The notes beneath the pieces were generated by a model. That model was given only the letters and a program-made list of their open reading frames with translations, was not told the origin of the DNA and searched no databases. DNA of 38,647 nt. Source: Octopus bimaculoides. Taxonomy: Eukaryota. Below are positions 1-12,825 of this stretch, piece by piece. The number at the start of each line of letters is the position of its first letter. The stretch's first letter is position 1. Made by a program: the position numbers and the translations under genes. Location: the NCBI RefSeq assembly GCF_001194135.2, contig NC_068985.1:36494520-36533166 (forward strand), given 5' to 3'.

Positions 1-39
<39 letters not shown>

Positions 40-884
40 TATAAGTACATATATGTGTGTGTATGTATGGTATGGTGTCTATGTATGTATGTATGTATGT
101 ATGTATGTATTGGGTATTTCTGGTAAATATCAGATACCATGTTATTGATTCTAAATTTGAAATTAAAAGACTGAATTAAATTTTCGTTTATGCTAATACT
201 AGTAGCTTATGATCAATGTTGCAATTTGTTGATGACCCGAACAGAAATGTATAACCAGTTGTGAGATGCGCTTGAGACCGGATCAATTTTAAATGCAGTT
301 CCCAGATTTTAAGATACCAAAAGTCTGTATTACAATTATTCGAAACCTCGTTTCTTTTATTTATTCATATTTATTTTTTCAATGTAATTCCAGATAAAAT
401 TCCAGATTCCGTTCGGCTTGTGTTACAATCAGATTCATTTACATCAGATGTTTTGGTATCTAAAGTCAATGGTTTACCTACTTTGGAATGCATTTGTATA
501 ATTTCCTTAGGGATATTTGTTCAACCGACAATCCAAACCAACTTATTTTTTTCTTTTATTTTTGAGGAAAATGGCATAATGTTTTTGTAACCTTGTGTCG
601 ACATGTTTTTTTCCATGCTTACATACTTCTAAAATATTTGTAAGACGATTTTCATATCGATTTGATTATTTTTGAAATTTTGCTTCGCTTTATTTTCTTA
701 TTTGTGAATGTATCCTTTACTATTTTTCATTAAAAAAATATTCTAAGATTTTTTTAATTTGACGAGCCATTTTGAATTTTTCTTACTTAAGGGAAACAAC
801 TCCGGAAGTTTTTAAAAACAAAGAGATGTTTGATACTATGTCTATAGATACTGTTTTAGGAGCAATTTTCTTTATATTAAATTA

Positions 885-1357
885 CCGTAAATCCTCGAGT
901 ATAGTCCGCCCTTGAGTATAATACACAGGGGATTTTTAGGGGGCTGTACCTCTGAAAAACCTAAACCTTGTGTATAATACGCACCCCTTCTCTAACTTGA
1001 ATCAAAGACGTCTATATAACATCCTTGGTTTGTAAACATATATACGGCAACGTCCTTTATTATTATTGTATATATAACATAATGCAAACGTGTAGCTTTT
1101 TTGTGCACTTTGTAATAACAGTAATAACGTCAGTGAAAAATAAATATTAAGTAAATTGCCTTTACATATTTATCACTATCAGTTACAAGCCCGACATCAC
1201 AAAATGCGTCTGAATAAACATTGCCGGACAGCAAATAGAGACTCGGACATTGCTTAGAAAATAGTTTTCATTTTTAACCTCGTATATAGTACGCACTAGG
1301 GATTTTGACCTCTAAATTCTGGGGAAAAAAATGCGGATTATACTCGTGGATTTATGC
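885..1357. mobile_element. Non-autonomous TA-flanked DNA transposon (MITE, Tc1/mariner-pogo type)
   Basis: Left end TA|CCGTAAATCCTCGAGTATAGTCCGC; right end reverse-complements to TA|GCATAAATCCACGAGTATAATCCGC. Internal repeats of GTATAATACGCAC; no ORF. Confidence 0.75.
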
Positions 1358-1614
1358 TAACAATTTTCTGTGGCGACAAGCGAAATTATTCAAAGTTACT
1401 TCCCTTGAATATACTAAGTTGTTTCCCTTTATATAAAATTGAAATGGATTTTGGTTGCACTATTGGCTCATGAGCCTGTTAAATGTGAGCTAATTTTGAT
1501 TTCAGTAAATCTCACTGAAGCAACACAAGACTCGCTCTGCTTCCCCATTCCATGTCTCTGGTGTGTATGCCAGCACAGTGTTTATCCCACAAAGTGGTTA
1601 TCTATGCTGATGCA

Positions 1615-1668
<54 letters not shown>

Positions 1669-2302
1669 AGGCGTGAGGCGAAGGTACTTGGGATGAATGG
1701 GAAAATTCATTTTGTGACGTTCGTAAATATAAACATCAGTCAGCCACAGTGCCGCTTGGTAGAGTCACTAATGCCAAAGAAAATGCTTATGGTTTTTATT
1801 TATGGCCCTTTTACGCTCTAAGTTCAAATCTTGCCGTCCTCAACTCCACCTTTCAGCCTTTCAGGAGTCGATAAAATTATGAAATGCTATACAGACTGTT
1901 TACAAATTCATAAGCGTCATTAAGATGAAGTGCAGTATCGTGTTCCGATTACCGATTGCAAGTGTTTTATTTCATTTATTTTCAGGAAGTTTATTGGGAA
2001 AATTGTAAACGTCATAATTCTTTCTCCTTTGCTTAAGAAAAAAAAAATCTGAAGTTTCTTTCTATCTGAGGAAAATTCCCTAACCATTTTGGAGAAATCA
2101 CTATGACAAAGTTATATACCAAACACAATTACAGCGTCTTTTAAGAAGAATTTTGTTGGTATTTATATAAGCAAAATGCAACGTTATTTCTCTACTTTTC
2201 AAAAAATGTTTATGAAATATGTCACATAATAGTAAATTAAAAATGCAACCATTGCCAAGTGAAGTTACATTCTGCTTTGTGAGTGTTATTTTAGAAAGAA
2301 GT

Positions 2303-2629
2303 GGAGGCGCAATGGCCCAGTGGTTAGGGCAGCGGACTCGCGGTCATAGGATCGCGGTTTCGATTCCCAGACCAGGCGTTGTGAGTGTTTATTGAACGAA
2401 AACACCTAAAGCTCCACGAGGCTCCGGCAGGGGATGGTGGCGTACCCTGCTGTATTCTTTCACCACAACTTTCTCTCACTCTTACTTCCTGTTTCTGTTG
2501 TGCCTGTAATTCAAAGGGTCAGCCATGTCACACTGTGTCACGCTGAATATCCCCGAGAACTACATTAAGGGTACACGTGTCTGTGGAGTGCTCAGCCACT
2601 TGCACGTTAATTTCACAAGCAGGCTGTTC
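2303..2629 (+). mobile_element. tRNA-derived SINE, truncated by an N gap
   Basis: A box TGGCCCAGTGGTTAGG and B box GGTTTCGATTCCC followed by a SINE body. A tail CAGCATGGCCACAGTC..TGACTGAAAC resumes after the gap at 3200-3243. Confidence 0.8.
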
Positions 2630-3264
2630 NNNNNNNNNNNNNNNNNNNNNNNNNNNNNNNNNNNNNNNNNNNNNNNNNNNNNNNNNNNNNNNNNNNNNNN
2701 NNNNNNNNNNNNNNNNNNNNNNNNNNNNNNNNNNNNNNNNNNNNNNNNNNNNNNNNNNNNNNNNNNNNNNNNNNNNNNNNNNNNNNNNNNNNNNNNNNNN
2801 NNNNNNNNNNNNNNNNNNNNNNNNNNNNNNNNNNNNNNNNNNNNNNNNNNNNNNNNNNNNNNNNNNNNNNNNNNNNNNNNNNNNNNNNNNNNNNNNNNNN
2901 NNNNNNNNNNNNNNNNNNNNNNNNNNNNNNNNNNNNNNNNNNNNNNNNNNNNNNNNNNNNNNNNNNNNNNNNNNNNNNNNNNNNNNNNNNNNNNNNNNNN
3001 NNNNNNNNNNNNNNNNNNNNNNNNNNNNNNNNNNNNNNNNNNNNNNNNNNNNNNNNNNNNNNNNNNNNNNNNNNNNNNNNNNNNNNNNNNNNNNNNNNNN
3101 NNNNNNNNNNNNNNNNNNNNNNNNNNNNNNNNNNNNNNNNNNNNNNNNNNNNNNNNNNNNNNNNNNNNNNNNNNNNNNNNNNNNNNNNNNNNNNNNNNNC
3201 AGCATGGCCACAGTCATAATGACTGAAACAAGTAAAAGAATAAATATATATATATATATATATA

Positions 3265-3401
3265 GACTCAAGAGTGGCTGTGTAATAAGTAGCTTGCTTA
3301 CCAACCACATGGTTCCAGGTTCAGTGTCTTCTACTATAGCCTCGGGCCAACCAAAGCCTTGTGAGTGGATTTGGTAGACGGAAACTGAAAGAAGCCCGTC
3401 G

Positions 3402-3436
<35 letters not shown>

Positions 3437-3655
3437 TTGTGTGTGTTTGTGTATATGTGTGTCTGTGTGTGTGTGTCTGTGTATCTGTGTTTGTCCCCCA
3501 AACATCGTTTGACAACCGATGTTGGTGCCTTTACGTCCCCGTTACCAAGCGGTTCGGCAAAAGAGACCGATAGAATAAGTACTAGATTTACAAAGAACAA
3601 GTTCTGAGGTCGATTTGCTCGACTAAAGGCAGTGCTCCAGCATGGCCGTAGTCAA
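3265..3655 (+). mobile_element. tRNA-derived SINE with internal (TA)/(TG) microsatellite, 3' tail truncated
   Basis: Aligns by eye with the copy at 6160-6655 (ctatagcctcgggccaaccaaagc..ggtagacggaaactgaaagaagcccgtcgt..gcggttcggcaaaa..ctccagcatggccg) but stops at gtcaa. Confidence 0.8.
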
Positions 3656-3658
3656 CTT

Positions 3659-3858
3659 TACGGCGGTAGATACCACGAGAGAAACTTCATATACGCTTTT
3701 ATATCGCTGACGTGTTTATAACGCTGACGGATAGATAACTCCCCACCAACTCTATCTTTAGCGGTTGAGCGTCCATCACTGATGAGACCAAGTAAGAGCG
3801 AACTCGCGTGATCTGGTGGTCTCGGCGCCGGAGTTGGTGGAGAGATATCTCGCCGCTA
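3659..3858. mobile_element. 200-bp fold-back element with nested inverted repeats (MITE-like)
   Basis: Outer IR tacggcggtagata / tatctcgccgcta; inner IRs ccaccaactc / gagttggtgg and gagacca / tggtctc. Confidence 0.4.
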
Positions 3859-4055
3859 GTGATATATATACAAGTGTGCATTTAGCACCAAAAGCCTATA
3901 TGAGAGTTTCTCTTGTGCTATCTTCCGTAGTTTGTTCTAATAGAACATCCACATTTAAGTGGGAATAAATATTATTTCATAATATAATATTCATCAAGTG
4001 AAAGTTCATTAACAATTTCTATTTTCATGCTTTCGTGAATTTCATAGATACAATA

Positions 4056-4269
4056 TTGGTTTCAAATTTTGGCACAAGGCCAGCAATTTCGGGGTTTAGG
4101 GGCTAAATCGTTTAGATCAATCCCAGTGCTCAACTGGTACTTATTTTATCGATCCCGAAAGGATGAAAGGCAAAATTAATCTCGGTGGAATTTGAACTCA
4201 GAACGTAAAGACGGACGAAATGCCGCTAAGTATTTTGATCGGCGCCAAAACGATTTTTCCAGCTCGCCC
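4056..4269 (-). mobile_element. Abundant tRNA-derived SINE (family with the ..CCTTTCATCCTTTCGGGGTCGATAAA..AAGTACCAGT core)
   Basis: Shared core with at least 8 other copies in the window; B-box-like GAGTTCAAATTCC on the minus strand. Confidence 0.8.
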
Positions 4270-5009
4270 TTTTATTTCACATATGTAATATTGAAAATAT
4301 GAAAGTATCATATCTTTTTAATGCAATCTTTCCATATCTCGAATGTAAATAGGTGAATATATCACGCGTTTTATGAATGACAATTAGACTAATGTTTGAC
4401 GCATTTCCCGACCGTTTTTCGGCAACCAGTCAAATCTCGATAACTAATCATATTAAGATGTGCTTATGAATACCTTTGCGTACCAATGTAGCATTGATAT
4501 CACCCTTTGTGACTACAGCATATTCGCAACATTAAACGTCGTATACTAGGTAGTACTCTAGTATATATATGTACGTATGTATGTAGGTCGTCTAATATGA
4601 TACGAGTTAGAAAAAAAGCAGGCACTACTATGTTTGTCAACAGAGTTGGCTTCTTAATATTTATACAAACAGTGTTATAGATCCATTTCAAACCGATTTT
4701 ATAATCTCCTTTCATACACGAAAGTTTGGAAAAACCAATCTCGGCACACATTCGAAGGGCTGAAAGGAAAACAGCGATGAATCTTTGCCACTGGAAGACT
4801 CAAAGAGACACATTCGGGATGAGAATGTCGTAAAGAACAGAAGAAAAAATTCGTGAGAGGAACTCAAAAAGAAAATTTTTTGTGTGTTAAAATTACGCTC
4901 CTTGAATAGGGATCAGACAATGCTGGGGCTGCCGGTGGTTTTGAGGCTAAGATTAGTTAACCTGACATTAACTCCTCCAAGAAAAAACACAACTTGAAAG
5001 TTTTGAGGC

Positions 5010-5580
5010 TCATACCCTCTCTTCTCCCTGAATATAAACTTGCGTAGGTGGGATCGTTTATAGTTTAACCGATAAATACTTCACCTCAAACGCGTAAGTT
5101 TATTTCAGCTACGTACCTGATATAAAGAAAATCTCGGTAGGTTCATCCATACCTGAAATAGAGGCAGGATGTTCATACAGAGTTTAAAGTGTAAAACAGA
5201 AATCGCCGTATATGAAGCGGAGATATGAAAGAATCTTAGCAAAGACGAATGTGCAGAAATATGTGGGTGCAACAGAAGGTCCTTTCAAAACCAGGTTTAA
5301 CAAACTCAAGTCCTCCTTTGATAGCCAGGTGAGGCGAAATGTCATAGCTGTAGCAAGGTACATATACTCATTGAAAGAAAACGTCGCGGATTACGGCATC
5401 AAGTGGAGAGAACTGGAGAGGTGTAAACTTTACTTCAGTAACAGTAAGAGTTGAAGACTCTGGTTGAGGGGAAAAAAGAAATAAGAATTACACTAACGAA
5501 ACCTCTTCACCTGGATACCTACCTAGGCTGTAAAAACAAAATTTTCCGATCCTGTCCTCATGAATATAGATATTAGAACT
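5010..5580 (+). mobile_element. Decayed Penelope-like element, GIY-YIG endonuclease region
   Basis: KYVGATEGPFKTRFNKLKSSF..RNVIAVARYIYSLKE..YGIKW resembles PLE YIG.TE..FK.R..NHK.SF..LS.YIW.LK; stops and frameshifts are present. Confidence 0.65.
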
Positions 5581-6159
5581 TTCACCATCCATACAGCCCA
5601 TCATCACAATCTGAGGCTTGTTACATCCATCTTCTTAACACAAAGGTTGAGCACATAAGATGTTAAGATTGTATTTACAGTGTATACTTATATACAATGG
5701 TAAAGAATGTATATGTCTATATGTGTGTATATATTAACGTGGAATGATGATGGCATCTTTATGTCGTTCAGCAATCCCATTGTCTGATGTCTTATCTCAC
5801 TGATCTTCGTAGAATTGTTTTGGACAGCGTACCTGCTTCCGGTTCTTCTTCAAAGAGGGTCAGGACTATAAACTAATTAAGATAAAAACTTGAAAAATAG
5901 GATTGTTTTGATCTCCTTGCTTCTAGAATGTCCGTTCACTTCTTTACTTTCTCTGTAAGTTCAATTATTAAAAAAAAAATGTCACTTATTCATCTTGTTA
6001 ATTGTTGAATAACTCATTTTCAAGGATTTGCCTTGCATGCTTATGCATATTTAAAAAAAAATACCTGAGGATGGTGGATTTATGCTATGAGATAATCAAT
6101 AAATGTATCAATAAAATGCTACTGGAACAGCTGTAGTAAACTTCAAATACTACTTGTAT

Positions 6160-6655
<496 letters not shown>

Positions 6656-6729
6656 ATATATATATTTACAAATTAAAAGGGTAAAGGTTTATCAATTTAT
6701 TAATTTATTAATAAATCAACAATTAATAA

Positions 6730-6775
6730 TTGTTACCAAGCCCTTCGGTATGTAAACACCATTATCGGTGGAGAA
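6730..6775 (-). mobile_element. Relic PLE terminus with a mutated hammerhead-like motif
   Basis: Minus strand CCA-CCGATAA-T-GGT-gtttacat-ACC-GAAG-GGCT-TGG keeps hammerhead spacing and stems, but the core deviates from CTGATGA/GAAA. Confidence 0.35.
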
Positions 6776-7656
6776 CTTATTTAAAAGTTCCTATACATTT
6801 ATAAACATAATTAAGGGATCAGCAAGCATTTGCTTCACCACATACCGAAGTTCAGAAATAGCAGCTAAAAAAGCTGAGACTCCAACAGATAGCATTACTT
6901 GTAACTCACAAAGGCAAAAACAAGAAGAAAAAACAATGAAAACTAACCATNNNNNNNNNNNNNNNNNNNNNNNNNNNNNNNNNNNNNNNNNNNNNNNNNN
7001 NNNNNNNNNNNNNNNNNNNNNNNNNNNNNNNNNNNNNNNNNNNNNNNNNNNNNNNNNNNNNNNNNNNNNNNNNNNNNNNNNNNNNNNNNNNNNNNNNNNN
7101 NNNNNNNNNNNNNNNNNNNNNNNNNNNNNNNNNNNNNNNNNNNNNNNNNNNNNNNNNNNNNNNNNNNNNNNNNNNNNNNNNNNNNNNNNNNNNNNNNNNN
7201 NNNNNNNNNNNNNNNNNNNNNNNNNNNNNNNNNNNNNNNNNNNNNNNNNNNNNNNNNNNNNNNNNNNNNNNNNNNNNNNNNNNNNNNNNNNNNNNNNNNN
7301 NNNNNNNNNNNNNNNNNNNNNNNNNNNNNNNNNNNNNNNNNNNNNNNNNNNNNNNNNNNNNNNNNNNNNNNNNNNNNNNNNNNNNNNNNNNNNNNNNNNN
7401 NNNNNNNNNNNNNNNNNNNNNNNNNNNNNNNNNNNNNNNNNNNNNNNNNNGGAGAGAGAGGGAGGGATGGAGGGAGGGAGGGAGAGAGAGTGGGGAGGGA
7501 GGGAGAGAGAGAGTGTGGAGGCTGGGAGAGAGATAGACAGGCACACAGACGGACAGAGACATTGACAGAGAGAAAACTACACAGCAAATATAAATTTTAT
7601 GATTGTATAAACTTTAATTTCCTGTCCATATTCTTTTCTTAATTTGTATCTTTTCG

Positions 7657-7681
7657 TTTATTTTTCAACTCTCGCTTTATT
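7657..7681 (-). terminator. Candidate polyadenylation signals of the KLHL10-like gene
   Basis: Minus-strand AATAAA at 7681-7676 and 7662-7657, 50-75 nt after the stop codon; ATTAAA at 7618-7613. Confidence 0.45.
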
Positions 7682-7731
7682 TGTTTGTTGTTTGTTAGGT
7701 TGTTAGTTGTTGTTGCTATTTGATTGATGTG

Positions 7732-7876
7732 TTACTGTTCTTTGTTAATGGCACGTTGTTTTCCGGAATTTTCGCTTTGATGTCGATGCGCAATATACTG
7801 GTAGGTATTGGGGAGACCCTCGAGGACGCATGCGCTGAGGGCTCGTCTGTGAATGTTCATGTGACTTACATTATGC
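7732..7876 (-). CDS. KLHL10: KLHL10-like terminal coding exon, absent from the ORF track
   Basis: Acceptor gttatttgcAG; the first G completes the split TG|G (Trp). Encodes (W)HNVSHMNIHRRALSACVLEGLPNTYQYIAHRHQSENSGKQRAINKEQ* with TAA at 7734-7732, matching KLHL10 WYDAHDMSIYRSALSCCVVPGLAN. Confidence 0.88.
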
Positions 7877-8123
7877 CTGCAAATAACGGCAAACATAGAA
7901 CAGTTCATTAATTATTCAAGAATAATTAATAATCACAGTTTCTTTTTCGTCTTTCTTAATGATAAGTAAATTAAATATCACTTCCTGAAAAGAAACATTT
8001 GATGGCTCAAATCGTTTTATATATAGATATAGATACACGTTTATGCATGCATATGTGTCGTCTATGCATACACACACAACACATACATGCATGCATACAT
8101 ACATACATACATACATACATACA

Positions 8124-8153
<30 letters not shown>

Positions 8154-8154
<1 letters not shown>

Positions 8155-8339
8155 CATGCACTGTTGTAAATGTACAATCAAATGTCCAGGTAAAAAAGAA
8201 ATTTTATGGCAAATCAATGCGGAACTTACAGTTCTTGTACTGTGACTATAAATTCTCATTCGTATCTATCATCATAGGTGCAGTAGGTTATGTATCTACA
8301 AATCTGCACATAAACCTATCTTTAGAGAAGAACAACTGA
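8154..8339 (+). mobile_element. R4/NeSL-like non-LTR retrotransposon, short 3' (RLE) fragment
   Basis: CTVV..KKFYGKSMRNLQFLYCDYKFSFVSIIIGAVGYV; homologous to 8845-9050. Confidence 0.6.
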
Positions 8340-8379
8340 ACAGATATTCTGAGAATACAGCTATCTCGTGTGGCCTGGT

Positions 8380-9121
8380 CTACCTAAATAGAAGCTTGGA
8401 GGAGAAGCAGGCATCATACCAGCAAAAAGCAATGCATGGATACATATCCTGTGAGCTAGAAGAAAACAACATCATTGACAAGAAGTGTGACCTCTCCTGG
8501 ACCTGTGTTAAATACATTACATTCTACCTAGAAGGATATACCTTTGTTATCCAGGAACAGGAGTGATCTACTAAATACCTGATAAATAAGAGAAACAAAG
8601 ATACTACTAAACCTCCATATTATGATAGATGTCGGCTCTGCTATACCAGTGAGGTAGATATCATCAGCGGTCGCTCAAAATGTCTACAAGATACTACCTA
8701 CCCCTGAGGCATTGCCCTGATAATATACATCAAAAGCTTGTCAGAACCAGTAATGAATTCTTGTGGAACATTCCAATAAAAGCAAATTTGGTGCAAACGT
8801 AACAGACTTGATTTTGTTCTGTAGGACAGGAAACAAAAGTCATGCACTGCTTTAGCGGACAGCCACCCAGTAGATGTGAATGTACCATTAAAAGTCCAAG
8901 AAAAAGAGAACATTTATGGTGAATTAATGCGGAACTTGTACCCTGGCTATAAATTCTCGATTGTACCCATCATCATAAATGCATTAGGCTAAGTACTTAC
9001 AACTTTACACAAAACCTTACTTTCAAAGAAAGAACAAAAGAAACTGGCGCGGTTTCTCCAAATTCAATCTATTAGTGGCGCAGTGAAGATTTGTAAGACG
9101 TTCAAAAGATTCTCCATCTGA
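8380..9121 (+). mobile_element. Decayed R4/NeSL-like non-LTR retrotransposon C-terminus (zinc knuckle and restriction-like endonuclease)
   Basis: Pieces MHGY..LEGYTFVIQEQE*STKYL, DRCRLC, KMSTRYYLPLRH, KRNRLDFVL*DRKQKSCT..EKENIYGELMRNL-YPGYKFSIVPIIINALG..LQIQSISGAVKICKTFKRF*. Confidence 0.7.
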
Positions 9122-10416
9122 GATCCTCTAGATGAATAGATACATGCACTTGCATCTATTGGGTGTGTGCATCGACAGCTCAACCAACATGCCAACTCAA
9201 CCACATACACCGTGAACTCTCTTAATTCAAAAAGTCTTGACGCTATGTTCGCAACTGGCTTGAACTCTCTTAAGAAGACTAAATAAAACCCAGAGAAAAA
9301 GAACATACATACATACATATAAACACTCACACACAATCCTTCGATTTCCTGCACTACCTTTCCCATCCAAGAGTGTGGCAAAGGCAACGATATAGAATAT
9401 TGAATCGACTTACAGTATCTAATTGTTACCTCTTTCATTTGTTTCAAGATGCAAGGAAAATTATGTCAGCCAACTGGATTTGAACTAGTCGGTCGAAACT
9501 GAATACTTAGCAACATATTTGGCATTTGTTCCCTTTACATTCTGCCACTCCGCTCTACTACTTCACTAACTTTTGATTGAATCTAAACGACAATGTGTTG
9601 ATATTGATTTTCATTGTGCTATGAAAGTTGCCTACTTAATTTTTTGGTACTTCTAAGACTTCTTCGTTCAACATATCCTTTGCTTTACTTTAAGCGAAGT
9701 ATGGTACAATATGAAGGATATTTGGCTGCTAAATCTAGTAAGTCGAGCGATCATGTATATAAAGATTCTCTCGTTGGTTCTCTTTTTTAGCTTTTAGTTT
9801 CTGTTTTATCTGATACAAAAACGAACTTGCCATAAAGGAGAATACGGCCGCTGATATGCACCGTATTTTCCACCATACAAGTTGAATATTTTGAGTCAGA
9901 ATTTACAGCCTAAAAAGGTAGTCCGACTTGTACATCAAAACAAACTTGGAGGACGAAAAATTTCCATGTGAAATGCAGCAGGATCTGAAAAGATAGTGAC
10001 GATATTTGAATGTTTATACTATACTACATGTTCACATGTCGAGCTGTATGCTGGAAAATATGATAAGTGGTATCTATTCCGATTCTTTTCACTCCGAGTT
10101 CCAGTGTAGTTGAGGTCAACTTTCGTTTCATTCTTTCAGGGCCAACAAAAAGAAAGTAACAATAATCTAGAATAGGGGTGCGTGGAACTGTTAGAGCATT
10201 GGGTGAGATGTCTTTGGGTGAGATGTTTTGCAGTATCTATTTTGCATTCTAGCAACAACACTTGCGACAACACTGGTTCTATGCTTCATCAGACTTAAGC
10301 AGCGACCTACCCTTTTCACAGCATCGAAAGGGTAGGCCGCCAGTAGGAAATAGGATCCATTGAGTAATGATAACCAATGCTGAAGAAAGACTGGATGACT
10401 CAAGCTGACCTGTTGA

Positions 10417-10443
10417 ACAACAACAACAACAACAACAACAACA

Positions 10444-10500
<57 letters not shown>
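10417..10500. repeat. Compound (AAC)n(TAC)n microsatellite
   Basis: Direct reading. Other simple repeats occur at 1-110, 1615-1662, 7451-7510, 8085-8152, 17865-17932, 25972-26088, 26229-26307, 31490-31550, 33930-33967 and 34633-34668. Confidence 0.95.
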
Positions 10501-10503
<3 letters not shown>

Positions 10504-11411
10504 TTGAGCGGAGTTGAATATCTTTAATGCTCTACTGTATTGTAGATTATGTCTACAAATTTTTGCTAATACTGTGTGTAAGTAATGATAAACAGATTAC
10601 TGGAGTGTGTAACGCTCCAATAATTTAAGATACTTTTAATCCCAATTCTGTCATAATTCATATAATATTCGATAATAATAATGTTTTCGAACATAGGCAC
10701 AGACCAGGGAGTAAAGAACAGCCGAATTGCTCGAATCCAGTACTTAAACTGTTATTTTATTTTATCGAACTTGAAAGGACAAAGGTCAAAGTCGACATCG
10801 TCAAGATTTGAACGCATAATCTACGCAACTAAATACCAAAAGCAATTTTTCTGCTCATCTGTACTCATTGATTTTACTGAATCAACCAATGGGCTGTTGT
10901 CAGTTCCTTCACCCAGGAATACAAAAACCACACTCCTAAGAGCAAGAGTCGTTGCTCACAAGAAAACAGACAATTGCGACTTCTGGTATGTCGGAAATGG
11001 ACGCTTCTGATAAGTTAAAATTGCATAACTTTAAAGGCTTATAACTTCTTAATTATTAATTGCGTGAGAAAATGAATGTAATCTTCATCTTCAGAATGCA
11101 AAACTACATCAGTAGAAAATTTGAAAATATTCCAGTGGTCGAATAAAAACTTAAAAAAGATTCGCTCACTTTCAAAATTATTAATATGGACTAATGATAA
11201 ATAAAAACATAAAAAATGTGTCCAGTGTCTTGGGGATCTTGAAGCAGAGCAAAAACCAAAGTGTTCCTACTGTGTATGAAATTCTCTTAGTGCTGCATAA
11301 ATGATGGTTACAGGTGGATGGGATTCACATGTAACCTTTGTAACGTTTGAGCCTAGATGACATATAAAATGAAGAAGATGCAATAACATAAATTATGATA
11401 TAATTACTTAC

Positions 11412-11503
11412 CATTTTTCAGTAACAATGTCGTAATATTCTACGTTGTATATACTGTTCTCGTCGGCCACGCCTCCAATTACAAATACCTTGTCGTCTAA
11501 AAT
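11412..11503 (-). CDS. KLHL10: KLHL10-like internal exon (Kelch 6), absent from the ORF track
   Basis: Acceptor aactctAG, donor TG|GTAAGT, 92 nt, phase 0 in and phase 2 out. Encodes ILDDKVFVIGGVADENSIYNVEYYDIVTEK(W), matching KLHL10 VDDLLFVVGGFNG.TT.FNVECYDEKTDEW. Confidence 0.88.
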
Positions 11504-11867
11504 CTAGAGTTAATTATTACATTATAATTAATTCGATACCTTTTTTCGAGACACATATACACAAAAATTAAACTTATTTTATCGATTGCTGTTGTTTTGT
11601 TTTAGTTTCAGGTCAAGGATGATCAAACAGATCATAGCTATCTCCTTTTTTTAGGGATCTCTTTTTTATCCAGTATCATATTTTATTTATAAAACGGTAG
11701 TGCATGATTTGAAGATGATCTGGCTGCTATTTCTGTGAAGTCGAACTTCCTCAGTGTTAGTTCGTCTCGACTGAATTACTGAATTTTAAGAAGGAGTTAC
11801 AAAGTTGTAAAAATTTCTTTTGTGAAGAGAAGGTAAGATTTTGATTGTTGATGTTGGGAATAATTCT

Positions 11868-12067
11868 TTTCTACTCTAGGCACAAGGCCCTAAATTTTGG
11901 GGGAGGGGGACAATCGATTAAACCGACCCCAGTACGCAACTGGTATTTAATTTATCGACCCCGAAAGGATGAAAGGTAAAGTCAACCTCGATGTAATTTG
12001 AACTCAGAACATAAAGGCAGACGAAATACCGCTAAGCATTTCGCCTGGCGTGCTAACGTTTCTGCCG
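11868..12067 (-). mobile_element. tRNA-derived SINE (same family as 4056-4269)
   Basis: Shared core atcgaccccgaaaggatgaaagg..gtcaacctcg..atttgaactcagaac. Confidence 0.8.
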
Positions 12068-12215
12068 TTGGGAATAATTGTTGGAGAAATGTATTTAATT
12101 CAGAAAATGTAAAACGTACTGAAAGCGATGAAAATATAAAGAAAATAAACGTATAATGTTTAAAAAAAACCCACTCTATTTTCTTCCACACCAGTTTAAA
12201 ATTTTAACAAGTGTA

Positions 12216-12415
12216 AATTGGTTTCAAGTCTTGGCACAAGGCCAGCAATTTCAAGAGAGGAGATAGGTCGATTACATCGACTCAGGTGCCCGACTGTCGA
12301 CCCTGGAGGAAAGGCAAAGTCCGCCTCGGTCGAATTTGAACTCAGAGCGTAAAGACAAAAAAAATGCCTTTAAGTATTTTACCCGACGTGCTAATGATTC
12401 TGCTAGCTCACCGCC
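12216..12415 (-). mobile_element. tRNA-derived SINE, internally deleted copy (same family)
   Basis: ttggcacaaggccagcaatttc..gaaaggcaaagtccgcctcgg..aatttgaactcagagcg..gctcaccgcc. Confidence 0.75.
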
Positions 12416-12825
12416 TTTTTAACATGTGTAAATTGCCAGGCATACAAGCAGTGATGGAAATAGGGGACAGTACACAGGGAATGGCATTCCCTATATTTTT
12501 TAGCTTACAGAGGTGAGTGCCTTATTGAATTTTGTCCCACCGTCCCAACCTCGGCCTCTCGGACCTGAACGTACGCCTCGGTCCTAATATCCATTTTCAT
12601 CATTGCATACAAGAGAGTATCAGAAGCAACTAACATTTGTATTCGTGTAGAATAAGGTGTTTTCTTTTAAACTGCTACTGATATACACAATGTACAAGTT
12701 CTTGAAGGTCGAGATATCGAAAAGATCTCACTCAAATCGCATGTTATGTCTTAAAAAGGAAGATCACGATGAATAAGCTATTGCTAGACACATGTCTAAA
12801 AATAAAAAGGATATAGATATATTTA

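Noticed and set aside
2303-2375. tRNA gene calls for SINE heads (also 17788-17862)
   Set aside because: A and B boxes are present but the cloverleaf is incomplete and each continues into a retroelement body.
11270-11352. Nearby acceptor at 11353 as the KLHL10-like last exon
   Set aside because: Gives WLKRYKGYM* with no Kelch ending; the exon at 7876-7732 supplies the expected residues in the right phase.
12504-12512. 9-nt plus-strand micro-exon (ttttttAG|cttacagag|GTGAGT)
   Set aside because: Good consensus sites but no other plus-strand exons were identified; such matches are expected by chance in 38 kb.
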